Shown here: positions 40,815 to 49,415 of the stretch, piece after piece | How the letters are laid out: each line of letters starts with the position of its first letter | Numbering within the stretch: position 1 is the first letter of the stretch | Origin: a virus | DNA length: 64,000 nt | Direction: 5' to 3' (one strand) | IMG/VR virus record: IMGVR_UViG_3300021375_000013 | Coordinates: 1 to 64,000 of that record | Notes under the pieces: generated by a model | Told to the model about the DNA's origin: nothing | Databases searched by the model: none | What the model saw: only the letters and a program-made list of their open reading frames with translations | Program-made: the position numbers and the translations under genes

Positions 40815-40855
40815 TTTGTAATAACTAAATTGTTTATTTAATAAACGGAGATAAT

Positions 40856-43156
40856 ATGGCAGAAAGAATTGTATCACCTGGAGTATTTACGAGAGAAAAT
40901 GACCTTTCGTTCTTAGCACAAGGGGTAGGAGAAATTGGAGCAGCGTTCATCGGACCTTTCAAACAAGGACCAGCGTTTGTTCCCACAATAGTTCGAACTC
41001 AAAGTGAGTTTGAAGATAAATTTGGTACACCTGATGGTACTTACTATACAGAATATGCAGTGCAGAACTATTTAAGGGAAGCAGGAAGTGCAACTATTGT
41101 TAGAGTAGCAGGTGTAGGTGGTTATAACCAAGCAGACCCAATTGGTATCGCAACATCTGGTTCAGCTGGAATAAAAATAATTGCAACACTTCACTCAACA
41201 CATAATGGTGATGAATCTGTTGGATTTCCTTCTACTACAATAACAGATGTAGCAGGAACATCTGGTTCTTTTGTTATTACTGGTAGTGGTATTACTGGAT
41301 TTACATCTTCTTTAAATGAAAAAGATAATTATGATGTAAGTGATGTATTTGGTTCTAATGCAAGAGGTTCGAAAAATGCATATGTTTATTCTTACTTTAA
41401 GAATGCATATAGTGGTTTAGAATCATCAGAAGGTCTAGTACAGGAGGTTACATTACCAACTCAAGACTTTGCTTATGATGCTCAAACTGCATCAACGCCA
41501 TTCGTAAAATCACAACTAATCTCCGGTGAAAGATACGACCTATTTAAGTTCCATACTTTAGGACATGGTAATGGTGAAAATAAAAGATTTAAAATCTCTA
41601 TATCAAATGTAAAAGCAGCAGGTGAAGATGGTGGAACTGATTATTCAGTATTTACTGTAACTGTTCGTTCTTACTCTGATACTGATAAGAGAAAAGTAGT
41701 ATTAGAAACATTTAGTAATGTAAACTTAGACCCATCATCTCCAAACTATATTGCGAGAGTAATTGGTGATAGATACAATACAATTGATTCAAATGGTAAA
41801 ATTACTGAATGGGGTGATTGGATGAACAATTCATCTTACATCAGAGTACAAGTTGGTGAGCAGGGTTCTTATCCTGTATCAGCCGCACCATTTGGACATG
41901 GAGCATATACTAACCCAATTAAAGCAACTATTGAAACTCAGATTCCTGAAGCTATATTCCAAACTGGTTCTATCGCTAACACAGCTGGTAACCCACAATT
42001 TTATGCTGGATTTGATTTTGAATCAGTTGGTATAAAAGAAGATAACGCTAATTACCTAAATCCTATTCCTGATGGAGCTGGAGCTGGTTCAAATGTAGCA
42101 TTTGGATTTGATGGTAACGTAAGTGGAGTTGGATTATCATTAGAAATGACTGGTTCAGCAACAGCTGATATGATTAAGAGACAATTCTCATTAGGATTCC
42201 AAGGAGGATTTGATGGAATGAGCCCGAATAGAGAAATCGCTTTAGGTTCTACAATCTCAGCTGGAAATTCGCAAGGATTTGATTTAACTGATTCTACTGC
42301 TAGTGGTTCAGTTGCATACTCAAAAGCTGTGAACGCAATTTCAAACGCTGATGAATATGATATTAATATGGTAGTAACTCCAGGTATTGTAAGAAGATTA
42401 CACACAGCAGTTGTTACTGATGTGATTGATATGGTAGAAGCTAGACAAGATGCATTCTACATTACTGACTTAAGTTCAGTAAACGATACAATCGCACAAG
42501 TAACTACTGAAGCTAATAAAATCGATTCGAACTATGTAGGTTCTTATTATCCTTGGGTTAAGACAGTAGATACAAATACTAACAAACTAATCTCAGTACC
42601 ACCTTCAGTACTATTACCTGCTGTGTACGCAGCGAATGACGCTATTGCAGCTGAATGGTTCGCACCTGCTGGTTTAAATAGAGGAGGTATTATTGGAGCA
42701 GTTTCAGTATTGAATAGATTAACACACTCTGAAAGAGATACTTTATATGAAAACAAAGTAAACCCAATCGCAACTTTCCCTGGACAAGGTATTGTGGCAT
42801 TCGGACAGAAAACGTTGCAAGATAAAGCATCAGCATTAGATAGAATCAATGTAAGAAGATTGTTAATCAACGTTAAGAAATTTGTAGCATCTACATCTCG
42901 ATTCTTAGTATTCGAACAAAATACGGCATCGACTAGAGGTAGATTCATCAACACTGTACAACCTTACTTAGAAGGTATCCAACAAAGACAAGGATTGTAC
43001 GCATTTAAAGTAGTTATGGATGAGACTAACAACACACCTGATGTTGTTGATAGAAACATATTGGCTGGACAGATATTCCTACAACCTGCTAAGACCGCTG
43101 AATTCATTGTAATTGATTTCAACATCTTACCAACTGGAGCATCGTTCTCAGCATAA
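40856..43156 (+). CDS. gp18: Contractile tail sheath protein
   Basis: SPGVFTRENDLS N-term; WFAPAGLNRG, LYENKVNPI, GQKTLQ...SALDRINVRRL, FVFEQN, QPAKTAEFI signatures. Confidence 0.97.
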   Translation: MAERIVSPGVFTRENDLSFLAQGVGEIGAAFIGPFKQGPAFVPTIVRTQSEFEDKFGTPDGTYYTEYAVQNYLREAGSATIVRVAGVGGYNQADPIGIATSGSAGIKIIATLHSTHNGDESVGFPSTTITDVAGTSGSFVITGSGITGFTSSLNEKDNYDVSDVFGSNARGSKNAYVYSYFKNAYSGLESSEGLVQEVTLPTQDFAYDAQTASTPFVKSQLISGERYDLFKFHTLGHGNGENKRFKISISNVKAAGEDGGTDYSVFTVTVRSYSDTDKRKVVLETFSNVNLDPSSPNYIARVIGDRYNTIDSNGKITEWGDWMNNSSYIRVQVGEQGSYPVSAAPFGHGAYTNPIKATIETQIPEAIFQTGSIANTAGNPQFYAGFDFESVGIKEDNANYLNPIPDGAGAGSNVAFGFDGNVSGVGLSLEMTGSATADMIKRQFSLGFQGGFDGMSPNREIALGSTISAGNSQGFDLTDSTASGSVAYSKAVNAISNADEYDINMVVTPGIVRRLHTAVVTDVIDMVEARQDAFYITDLSSVNDTIAQVTTEANKIDSNYVGSYYPWVKTVDTNTNKLISVPPSVLLPAVYAANDAIAAEWFAPAGLNRGGIIGAVSVLNRLTHSERDTLYENKVNPIATFPGQGIVAFGQKTLQDKASALDRINVRRLLINVKKFVASTSRFLVFEQNTASTRGRFINTVQPYLEGIQQRQGLYAFKVVMDETNNTPDVVDRNILAGQIFLQPAKTAEFIVIDFNILPTGASFSA

Positions 43157-43176
43157 TATAAAAATTTGAACAACTA

Positions 43177-43185
43177 ATATTTATT
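43177..43185 (+). promoter_or_regulatory. Putative late promoter variant ATATTTATT
   Basis: Lies in the gap between sheath and tube. Confidence 0.4.
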
Positions 43186-43208
43186 AGTATAAAGAGGAAA
43201 ATAAAAAA

Positions 43209-43697
43209 ATGGCAGAAGTATTAGAATTTAACGAAATGATGTTCACCAACTTCGAACCGAAGATGAAGAACAGGTATATCATGGAGATTGATGGAATTCA
43301 ATCTTATTTGATAAAAGCCGCAGCTAGACCATCTATCAATTTCGAAACTGTGAAGTTAGACCACATTAACACTTATAGAAAACTACAAGGTAAAGGAGAG
43401 TGGCAAGATATCTCTATTACATTGTATGACCCAATCGTTCCAAGTGGAGCACAACAAGTGATGGAATGGGTAAGGTTAGGATATGAATCTTTAACTGGTA
43501 GAAAAGGATACGCAGATTTCTACAAAAAAGATATCGATTTCTATATGTTAGGACCTGTTGGTGATAAAATCGAACAATGGAAGTTAAAAGGGGCATTCAT
43601 TCAGGCAGCTAACTTTAATGATTTATCTTTTGAATCAAATGACCCAGCTGATATCGAACTAACTCTTTCATACGATTACGCTATTTTAGAATTTTAA
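43209..43697 (+). CDS. gp19: Tail tube protein (T4 gp19-like)
   Basis: Follows sheath; FEPK.KNR..., W..I.ITLYDPI...Q.VMEW, YKKD, E.W.L.GAF, LTL.YDYA. Confidence 0.93.
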   Translation: MAEVLEFNEMMFTNFEPKMKNRYIMEIDGIQSYLIKAAARPSINFETVKLDHINTYRKLQGKGEWQDISITLYDPIVPSGAQQVMEWVRLGYESLTGRKGYADFYKKDIDFYMLGPVGDKIEQWKLKGAFIQAANFNDLSFESNDPADIELTLSYDYAILEF

Positions 43698-43729
43698 GAT
43701 ATTATCCACTACTATCTATATATTTGAAG

Positions 43730-43756
43730 AAGGTTCTCTTAGTGAGAACCTTTTTT
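43730..43756 (+). terminator. Rho-independent terminator after tail tube
   Basis: Perfect 9-bp stem AAGGTTCTC/GAGAACCTT, loop TTAGT, followed by a T-run. Confidence 0.85.
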
Positions 43757-43781
43757 CGTTTTACAACTTTTTAGTTTTGAT

Positions 43782-43790
43782 ATACTTATA
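43782..43790 (+). promoter_or_regulatory. Putative late promoter motif ATACTTATA
   Basis: Directly after the terminator, before 43815. Confidence 0.55.
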
Positions 43791-43814
43791 TATACAAACA
43801 AATAAAGGTTAATT

Positions 43815-44588
43815 ATGAGCGAAAATAAATTTGATTTCCCAACTGAGGTAGTGGATTTACCATCAAAGGGATTACTTTATCCAGAAGGACACCCTTTAAG
43901 AAAGGGAAATATTGAGATTAAATATATGACAGCAAGAGAAGAAGATATTCTTGCATCTCAATCTCTAATCAAAAAAGGTGTAGTATTAGATAAGTTATTT
44001 GAATCAGTAGTTGTAGAACCAGGTGTAGATATTAATGATATCTTCATTGGTGATAAGAACGCAATTCTGTTAGCAACTAGAGTAATGGGATATGGTTCAG
44101 AATATAAAGTAGAAATAACTGACCCATCTACATTAGAAGAGCAAGAGGTAAGTATTGATTTATCTAAGGTAAAAACAAAAGATTTTAATGAATCATTATT
44201 AAATGGTGAAAATCTTTATAAATTTAAATTACCAAAAAGTGGGACAGAGTTGGAATTCAAACTTCTAACACATGGTGATGAAACCGAAATCACAAAAGAA
44301 AACCAAGCATTAGCTAGATTGTATAAAGGAAAAGGAGATACTACATTTGATGTAACAACTCGTTTGAAATATATGATTCAATCGGTAGATGGTAATGAAG
44401 ATAGGGGATTTATTACTAAGTGGGTATCAAACTCATTCTTGGCATTGGATACTAAAGCATTCAGAAAATATGTAAGAGAAATCAGTCCAGATATGGATTT
44501 AACATTCAACTTTGTATCAGAGTTGACGGGTGAGGAGGAGGCGCTCGATATCCCCTTTGGGGCCGGGTTTTTTTACCCTTCCGAGTGA
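43815..44588 (+). CDS. Baseplate hub assembly / tail assembly chaperone (T4 gp26-like)
   Basis: V.LPSKG..Y...IKYMTA.EEDIL...GD.NAIL.A.R..GYG..Y, ending IP.G..FF.P; located between tube and tape measure. Confidence 0.8.
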   Translation: MSENKFDFPTEVVDLPSKGLLYPEGHPLRKGNIEIKYMTAREEDILASQSLIKKGVVLDKLFESVVVEPGVDINDIFIGDKNAILLATRVMGYGSEYKVEITDPSTLEEQEVSIDLSKVKTKDFNESLLNGENLYKFKLPKSGTELEFKLLTHGDETEITKENQALARLYKGKGDTTFDVTTRLKYMIQSVDGNEDRGFITKWVSNSFLALDTKAFRKYVREISPDMDLTFNFVSELTGEEEALDIPFGAGFFYPSE

Positions 44589-44781
44589 TTACTCGATTCA
44601 ATTACATAATCAAATTTGGGAACTGGTTAACTTTGGTAATGGATTTACTTGGAGAGATGTTTACTTCATGCCAATACAATGGAGAAAGTTTTACTTCAAA
44701 AAGTTATTAGACCTCAAAAAGAAAGAAGCAGACGAATACAAAAAAGCAGAACGTAAATCAAAAGTAAGGGTTAGGAAATAA
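44566..44781 (+). CDS. Chaperone extension (gp51-like segment), probably expressed by frameshift from the upstream ORF
   Basis: +1 frame LPSDYSIQLHNQIWELVNFGNGFTWRDVYFMPIQWRKFY has no credible start codon; it overlaps the upstream ORF at GGG TTT TTT T. Confidence 0.6.
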   Translation, partial: GFFTLPSDYSIQLHNQIWELVNFGNGFTWRDVYFMPIQWRKFYFKKLLDLKKKEADEYKKAERKSKVRVRK

Positions 44782-44797
44782 TCCTTACTTTTTTTTT
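44762..44797 (+). terminator. Rho-independent terminator
   Basis: 12-bp stem AAGTAAGGGTTA/TAATCCTTACTT (one G-U), loop GGAAA, then T7. Confidence 0.8.
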
Positions 44798-44802
44798 ATC
44801 CA

Positions 44803-44811
44803 ATATTTATA
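44803..44811 (+). promoter_or_regulatory. Putative late promoter motif ATATTTATA
   Basis: Immediately after the terminator, upstream of the tape-measure operon. Confidence 0.6.
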
Positions 44812-44839
44812 GTAGTATAAAACTATAAAGAAACTAATC

Positions 44840-45043
44840 ATGTCAAAAAAAGAAATAAATGAACTAAATATGGTTTCTCGATTCATAGGAGATTTTTTCG
44901 ATGGATTGCAAAAAGGTACTGCTAATAGAATAATTAAAAAAGCATCTGATAGAGGTTTACCCAAATCTTTCACAGATAAAATGGAAAAAATTAGAAAAGA
45001 AAAAGCAGAACTAGATGACCTTATAAAGAAATATTCAAAATAA
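44840..45043 (+). CDS. Small hypothetical protein
   Basis: 67-aa ORF with an A-rich leader, coupled to the tape measure gene. Confidence 0.7.
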   Translation: MSKKEINELNMVSRFIGDFFDGLQKGTANRIIKKASDRGLPKSFTDKMEKIRKEKAELDDLIKKYSK

Positions 45044-45051
45044 ACTCCTAA

Positions 45052-47298
45052 ATGGCACAAAGTAGAGCTGATTTATTAAAAGAAATAAAATCTCTTCAAT
45101 CTGAAATAAATAAGATTGAAGCTGCTGGTAGTGCCATTACTCAAGAGCAAATAAAACAAAGAAAAGACTTAAAAAAAGAAATAATATCTACTGCTAAAGA
45201 GCTTAAAAAAGTAAATGATACAAGACAACAATATTTTGCTGATGAAGAAGCTTCAATAAAATCAATATCCAGTATTTATTCTGATTTTAAAACTAAACAA
45301 ACTAATAATTTAAATTTAATAGCTAGTGGTCAAGACAAAAATGTAAAAAAATCTTTAGAAATTCTTAGTATAAATCGTGATATAGCAAATTTAAGTTCAG
45401 ATGATGAACAACAACGATTACTATTAGTGGGTAAAAGAGATGATATAATGAATTCTCTTGATAAACGAAGTAAAAGTTTAATAGCTAGTTTAAAAGAAGA
45501 AAATGCAATAGCAAATAGTTTATCAAACCTGTCTGAAGAAGAAGAAGCATCTCTTGAAAGACAAAAAGCAGCACAAGAAGCATTAAAATCTTCAATGCAA
45601 GCTATAACAGAAACTGCTGAAACATTTGTTACTAATCTAAAAAGTGCAGAAGGTATAACTGGATTACTACTAATAGGTGGTGGAAAGTTTTTTGGTAAAC
45701 TATCCGAAGTAAATAAAGAATTAGGGCAAGTTGGTGAAGGTTTAAGTGGGGCAGCTGGTAGTGCAACTGTATTAAGTTTTGCATTTGGTGATTCTGCAGA
45801 AACTCTAAAATCATTATCTGCCGAAATGGGTGGATTAGAAGATGCTACATTTGGAGCACAACTTCAAACTAACTTAATGGCTAATAATTTAGGTATTAGT
45901 GGTACTGAAGCAGCAACATTAAGTGGTTCTTTAGCTAGGTTAAATGGTGGTTCATTAGAAACTGCTGGTAATCTCGCAGCAGGTACTAGAGAATTCGCTA
46001 AAATGAATAACATACCAGTTTCTCAATTAATGGGTGATGTAGCTGGTTCAGCTGAAGAATTTGCTCTATTTGGTAAAGATGGTGGTAAAAATATATTAGA
46101 AGCAGCTGGTTATGCTGCTAAACTTGGTACTAATATGAGTACCATTAGTGGTATTGCTGATAATCTCTTAGATTTTGAAAACTCTATAAACAAAGAATTG
46201 GAGTTAGGTGCAATGCTCGGTAAAAATATCAATTTAGATAGAGCTAGGTCATTAGCTATGCAAGGGGATTTAACAGGTGCTACTGAAGAAACATTAAGAG
46301 CTTTAGGTGGAGTTGAATCTTTCAATAAAATGGATTACTTCCAAAAGAAAGCAACAGCTGATTTATTAGGAGTATCGGTTGCAGAACTTGGAAAGATGGC
46401 AGCAAACCAAGAAAAAGCACAAAATATATCTAAGTTAATGAGTGGGGATTTCTCTAACATAGGAGAATCTCTAAAAGCAGTAGTTTCTCAAGCAGGCCCA
46501 AAACTTTTAGATTGGGGTGGTAAGTTTTTAACACTATCTGCCCAAGCTGGTCAATCTTGGAGTGGTATAACCACTGTAGTGGGTGGGATTAGTAAGAAAT
46601 TCAAAGGACTTGGTGGAGCCGCAGCTGGAGGAGGACCTTTAACTAAAGCTGGTAAACCTGATATGAGATTCGGCGCTAATAAAGGTGGTGGATTAGCAAA
46701 AGCCTCTAAAGGTGGTGGAATTGGTGGAATGATGAAAGGTATGGGAGCTGGACTCAAAGGATTGGCAAAAGGTATTGGAGCATTTGCTTCCCCACAAGCC
46801 ATAGTAGGATTAGTTGCAGTAACTGGAGCAATTATTGGTATTGGATTCGCACTTAAAGTAGCAGCACCTGGTATTAAAGCATTTGGTGAAGCTATTGGTA
46901 ACATTGTAGTATCAGTAGGTACAGCCGTTGCAAAAGTATTTGGTGGATTGGGAGATTTCTTTGGAAAGATAGCACAAGTAGCAACCCCAGAACTAGCATT
47001 ATCCGTATTAGGATTAGCTGGTGGATTTGCTGCACTAACCGCATCTTTAGTAGGATTCTCAGTTGCTGGTATAGCAGCAATTCCAGCAATGATGGCTGTT
47101 TCAGCATTTGGAGCCGCAAGTTCCTTATTAGGTTTAGGTGGTGATGCTGGTGGAGGAGCTGAAGAAACCCCAGCTTGGGTAGAAGAATTAAAAACAACAT
47201 TTAGAGAAACAAAGGATGTTTATATAGATGGCGGAAAAGTTACATCAGCGATAGCAAGTAGAGTAAATAAGATAGGAAGTAATTCATACTCAATATAA
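45052..47298 (+). CDS. Tape measure protein
   Basis: Coiled-coil N-term, LLDFE.SI..ELE...LGK.INL..AR.LA..GD motif, Ala/Gly-rich hydrophobic C-term; position after the chaperone. Confidence 0.85.
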   Translation: MAQSRADLLKEIKSLQSEINKIEAAGSAITQEQIKQRKDLKKEIISTAKELKKVNDTRQQYFADEEASIKSISSIYSDFKTKQTNNLNLIASGQDKNVKKSLEILSINRDIANLSSDDEQQRLLLVGKRDDIMNSLDKRSKSLIASLKEENAIANSLSNLSEEEEASLERQKAAQEALKSSMQAITETAETFVTNLKSAEGITGLLLIGGGKFFGKLSEVNKELGQVGEGLSGAAGSATVLSFAFGDSAETLKSLSAEMGGLEDATFGAQLQTNLMANNLGISGTEAATLSGSLARLNGGSLETAGNLAAGTREFAKMNNIPVSQLMGDVAGSAEEFALFGKDGGKNILEAAGYAAKLGTNMSTISGIADNLLDFENSINKELELGAMLGKNINLDRARSLAMQGDLTGATEETLRALGGVESFNKMDYFQKKATADLLGVSVAELGKMAANQEKAQNISKLMSGDFSNIGESLKAVVSQAGPKLLDWGGKFLTLSAQAGQSWSGITTVVGGISKKFKGLGGAAAGGGPLTKAGKPDMRFGANKGGGLAKASKGGGIGGMMKGMGAGLKGLAKGIGAFASPQAIVGLVAVTGAIIGIGFALKVAAPGIKAFGEAIGNIVVSVGTAVAKVFGGLGDFFGKIAQVATPELALSVLGLAGGFAALTASLVGFSVAGIAAIPAMMAVSAFGAASSLLGLGGDAGGGAEETPAWVEELKTTFRETKDVYIDGGKVTSAIASRVNKIGSNSYSI

Positions 47299-47304
47299 TA
47301 TATT

Positions 47305-49116
47305 ATGCCAACATTAGAAGAATTATTTAAAAGTAAACAACTCCCTTCACAAGGTGGTAAAACCGCTGAAGAAGCATACGCTATACGAAACTCAAAGGAT
47401 ATTCGTATTTCAGCAGCTGACCCATTTGTGAATACAGTTGGTATGTCTTTAGCTAGATTAGCTAGAAAAAATTTAGGAGCTAAAGGAAGTGAAACTCTTT
47501 TAGAAGAAGAAGTAACAGGAGCTAGATTAATAAGAACGGCATCAATGCCATTTATATATGGTAGTGAATTACCAAGATTAACACTTAGAACTACTACACT
47601 TTTGGATACAATGAGAGCAGCAACTGGTGGTGATGATGGTGGTGGTGGTCCATTGGGTAATCTTATCAAAAAAGGTAGAGATGCAGTACTTAATAGTAAA
47701 TTCTTAGGAATTCCACAAACAATAATACCAACCAAAGTAGCAACTAATAAACTGATTAAAGAAATGTTAGCTGGTACTAGTGATAGTGCAGATAGTGGTC
47801 AAATTCAAAAAAATTATCTACAAACTTTAAAATCTGTAAAAGAAGCTGGTGAAGGTAAACCATTAGGACAGTTCTTAAAAGGTTTAGGTGGTGGTAATAT
47901 AAAAGATATCGGTAAACAGGCATTAGGTAGTGCACTAAAATTAGGAAAGGATAAATTAAGAGGAGCATTATTTGGCGGAGCTCCTACAACTGGATTCAAT
48001 GGGGCATCATTAGCGGGTTTAAAAAATACAACAACAAATTATGGTAGTATTTCTGTTCCTGGTGAAATCAATAGAACAGCTGATAATAATGGTGTAATAG
48101 ATGTTGGAGGTTTAATGTATTCTAAGACATTTGATTTAAAATTACCACCAGCAGTAGAATTCCCAATGTGGGGTGTTACTTTAGATGGAGTTAACTCAAA
48201 GGGTACAGATACAAGAGTTGGTTTAGATAAAAATAAACAAATTGACCCTACATTAACTGATAAACTAGATTTTGTTGATATATCAGATGAAGGTGGTTTG
48301 GGTGGAAGATATTCAAAAGCTCTAACTGATTTAGATATTCCAAATAAAATATTATTTAGTTCAAATCCTGATAGAAAGGGTAAATCATTTGCAAGTAAGA
48401 TTAAATCACCAATATCAAAAAATGATTTTGTAGAAAAGAAAAGAGGGATGAATCAGATATCTGATATTATAAATAGTACCAATATCTTTGAAGGTGAAAC
48501 TCTTACATTAGGTGATGGAGTAACAACCTTAGATGATAAAGATTTTGTACCATTGAAGTTTACTTCAGTACATAGGAATAAAACTGTACAATTTAGAGCA
48601 ACATTAAGTGGGTTAAGTGAAACACTTTCTCCATCTTGGGATTCTCATAAGTTTATTGGTTCACCATTCAGTAATTACACATATAGTGGAATAGAAAGAA
48701 GTGTAACTTTTAATTTTAAAGTTTATTCATTAAATGCAGAAGAACACAAAATTGGATGGGATAAAATTAATTTTTTAAATTCATTAGTATTCCCACAAGG
48801 GTATTATGATTCATCTGCAGTAGTTCCACCATTTATTAGATTAACAATTGGTGATTTATATAAAGGTAAATTATCATTTATAGAATCTTTATCACATACA
48901 TGGGATGATAATACTCCTTGGAATGTAACTAATAAAGAAAGAAAAGTATTATCAAACGAAGCAGGAGTTATAACAGGTACTTCTGAAAAGGATATAGATA
49001 TGAAAGGATATCGATTACCAATGATTACTGATGTATCAATGACTGTTAAATTTTTAATAGGTAGAAATAATACATCAGGTAGAAAATTCTATTCATTTGA
49101 ACCTCAAAGTAAATAA
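47305..49116 (+). CDS. Baseplate/tail tube initiator-like protein
   Basis: C-terminal FRA.L.GLSE..SPSW....IG.....Y.Y.G.ER.V.F.FKVY....PP...LTIGD.Y domain typical of contractile-tail tube initiators. Confidence 0.7.
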   Translation: MPTLEELFKSKQLPSQGGKTAEEAYAIRNSKDIRISAADPFVNTVGMSLARLARKNLGAKGSETLLEEEVTGARLIRTASMPFIYGSELPRLTLRTTTLLDTMRAATGGDDGGGGPLGNLIKKGRDAVLNSKFLGIPQTIIPTKVATNKLIKEMLAGTSDSADSGQIQKNYLQTLKSVKEAGEGKPLGQFLKGLGGGNIKDIGKQALGSALKLGKDKLRGALFGGAPTTGFNGASLAGLKNTTTNYGSISVPGEINRTADNNGVIDVGGLMYSKTFDLKLPPAVEFPMWGVTLDGVNSKGTDTRVGLDKNKQIDPTLTDKLDFVDISDEGGLGGRYSKALTDLDIPNKILFSSNPDRKGKSFASKIKSPISKNDFVEKKRGMNQISDIINSTNIFEGETLTLGDGVTTLDDKDFVPLKFTSVHRNKTVQFRATLSGLSETLSPSWDSHKFIGSPFSNYTYSGIERSVTFNFKVYSLNAEEHKIGWDKINFLNSLVFPQGYYDSSAVVPPFIRLTIGDLYKGKLSFIESLSHTWDDNTPWNVTNKERKVLSNEAGVITGTSEKDIDMKGYRLPMITDVSMTVKFLIGRNNTSGRKFYSFEPQSK

Positions 49117-49119
49117 TAG

Positions 49120-49410
49120 ATGGCAAGTAGATACGAAAATAACGAAAGTAAAAAATTAAATGATGGTAGGACTGTATATCGTTCTAAGATATATCCTAAA
49201 ATACCATTAAGAGATGATGATGTTTATGTAGCATCTGAAACTGGTGATAGATTAGATACCTTAGCATATCAGTACTATGAAGATTCATCACTTTGGTGGA
49301 TTATAGCAGCTGCAAATAATATACATAATGCTCCATTTGGTTTGAAAGATGGTACAATTTTAAGAATACCACAAAACTATATTGAAATATTAGTAAACTT
49401 TAGTGAATAA
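49120..49410 (+). CDS. LysM-like baseplate wedge protein (gp53/tail X-like)
   Basis: GDRLD.LA.QYY.D.SLWWIIA.AN......G..LRIP. Confidence 0.85.
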   Translation: MASRYENNESKKLNDGRTVYRSKIYPKIPLRDDDVYVASETGDRLDTLAYQYYEDSSLWWIIAAANNIHNAPFGLKDGTILRIPQNYIEILVNFSE

Positions 49411-49415
49411 CAGTT

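Noticed and set aside
40811-43726. Isolated TATATTTG boxes at 40811 and 43719
   Set aside because: No TTTG at the 19-21 nt spacing; the second lies directly before a terminator
44530-44565. GTG start (MRRRRSISP) for the 83-aa ORF, and GGAGGAGG as a frameshift-stimulating SD
   Set aside because: The N-terminus is implausible; the SD-like run encodes EEE and is ~25 nt from the slip site, too far for known SD stimulation
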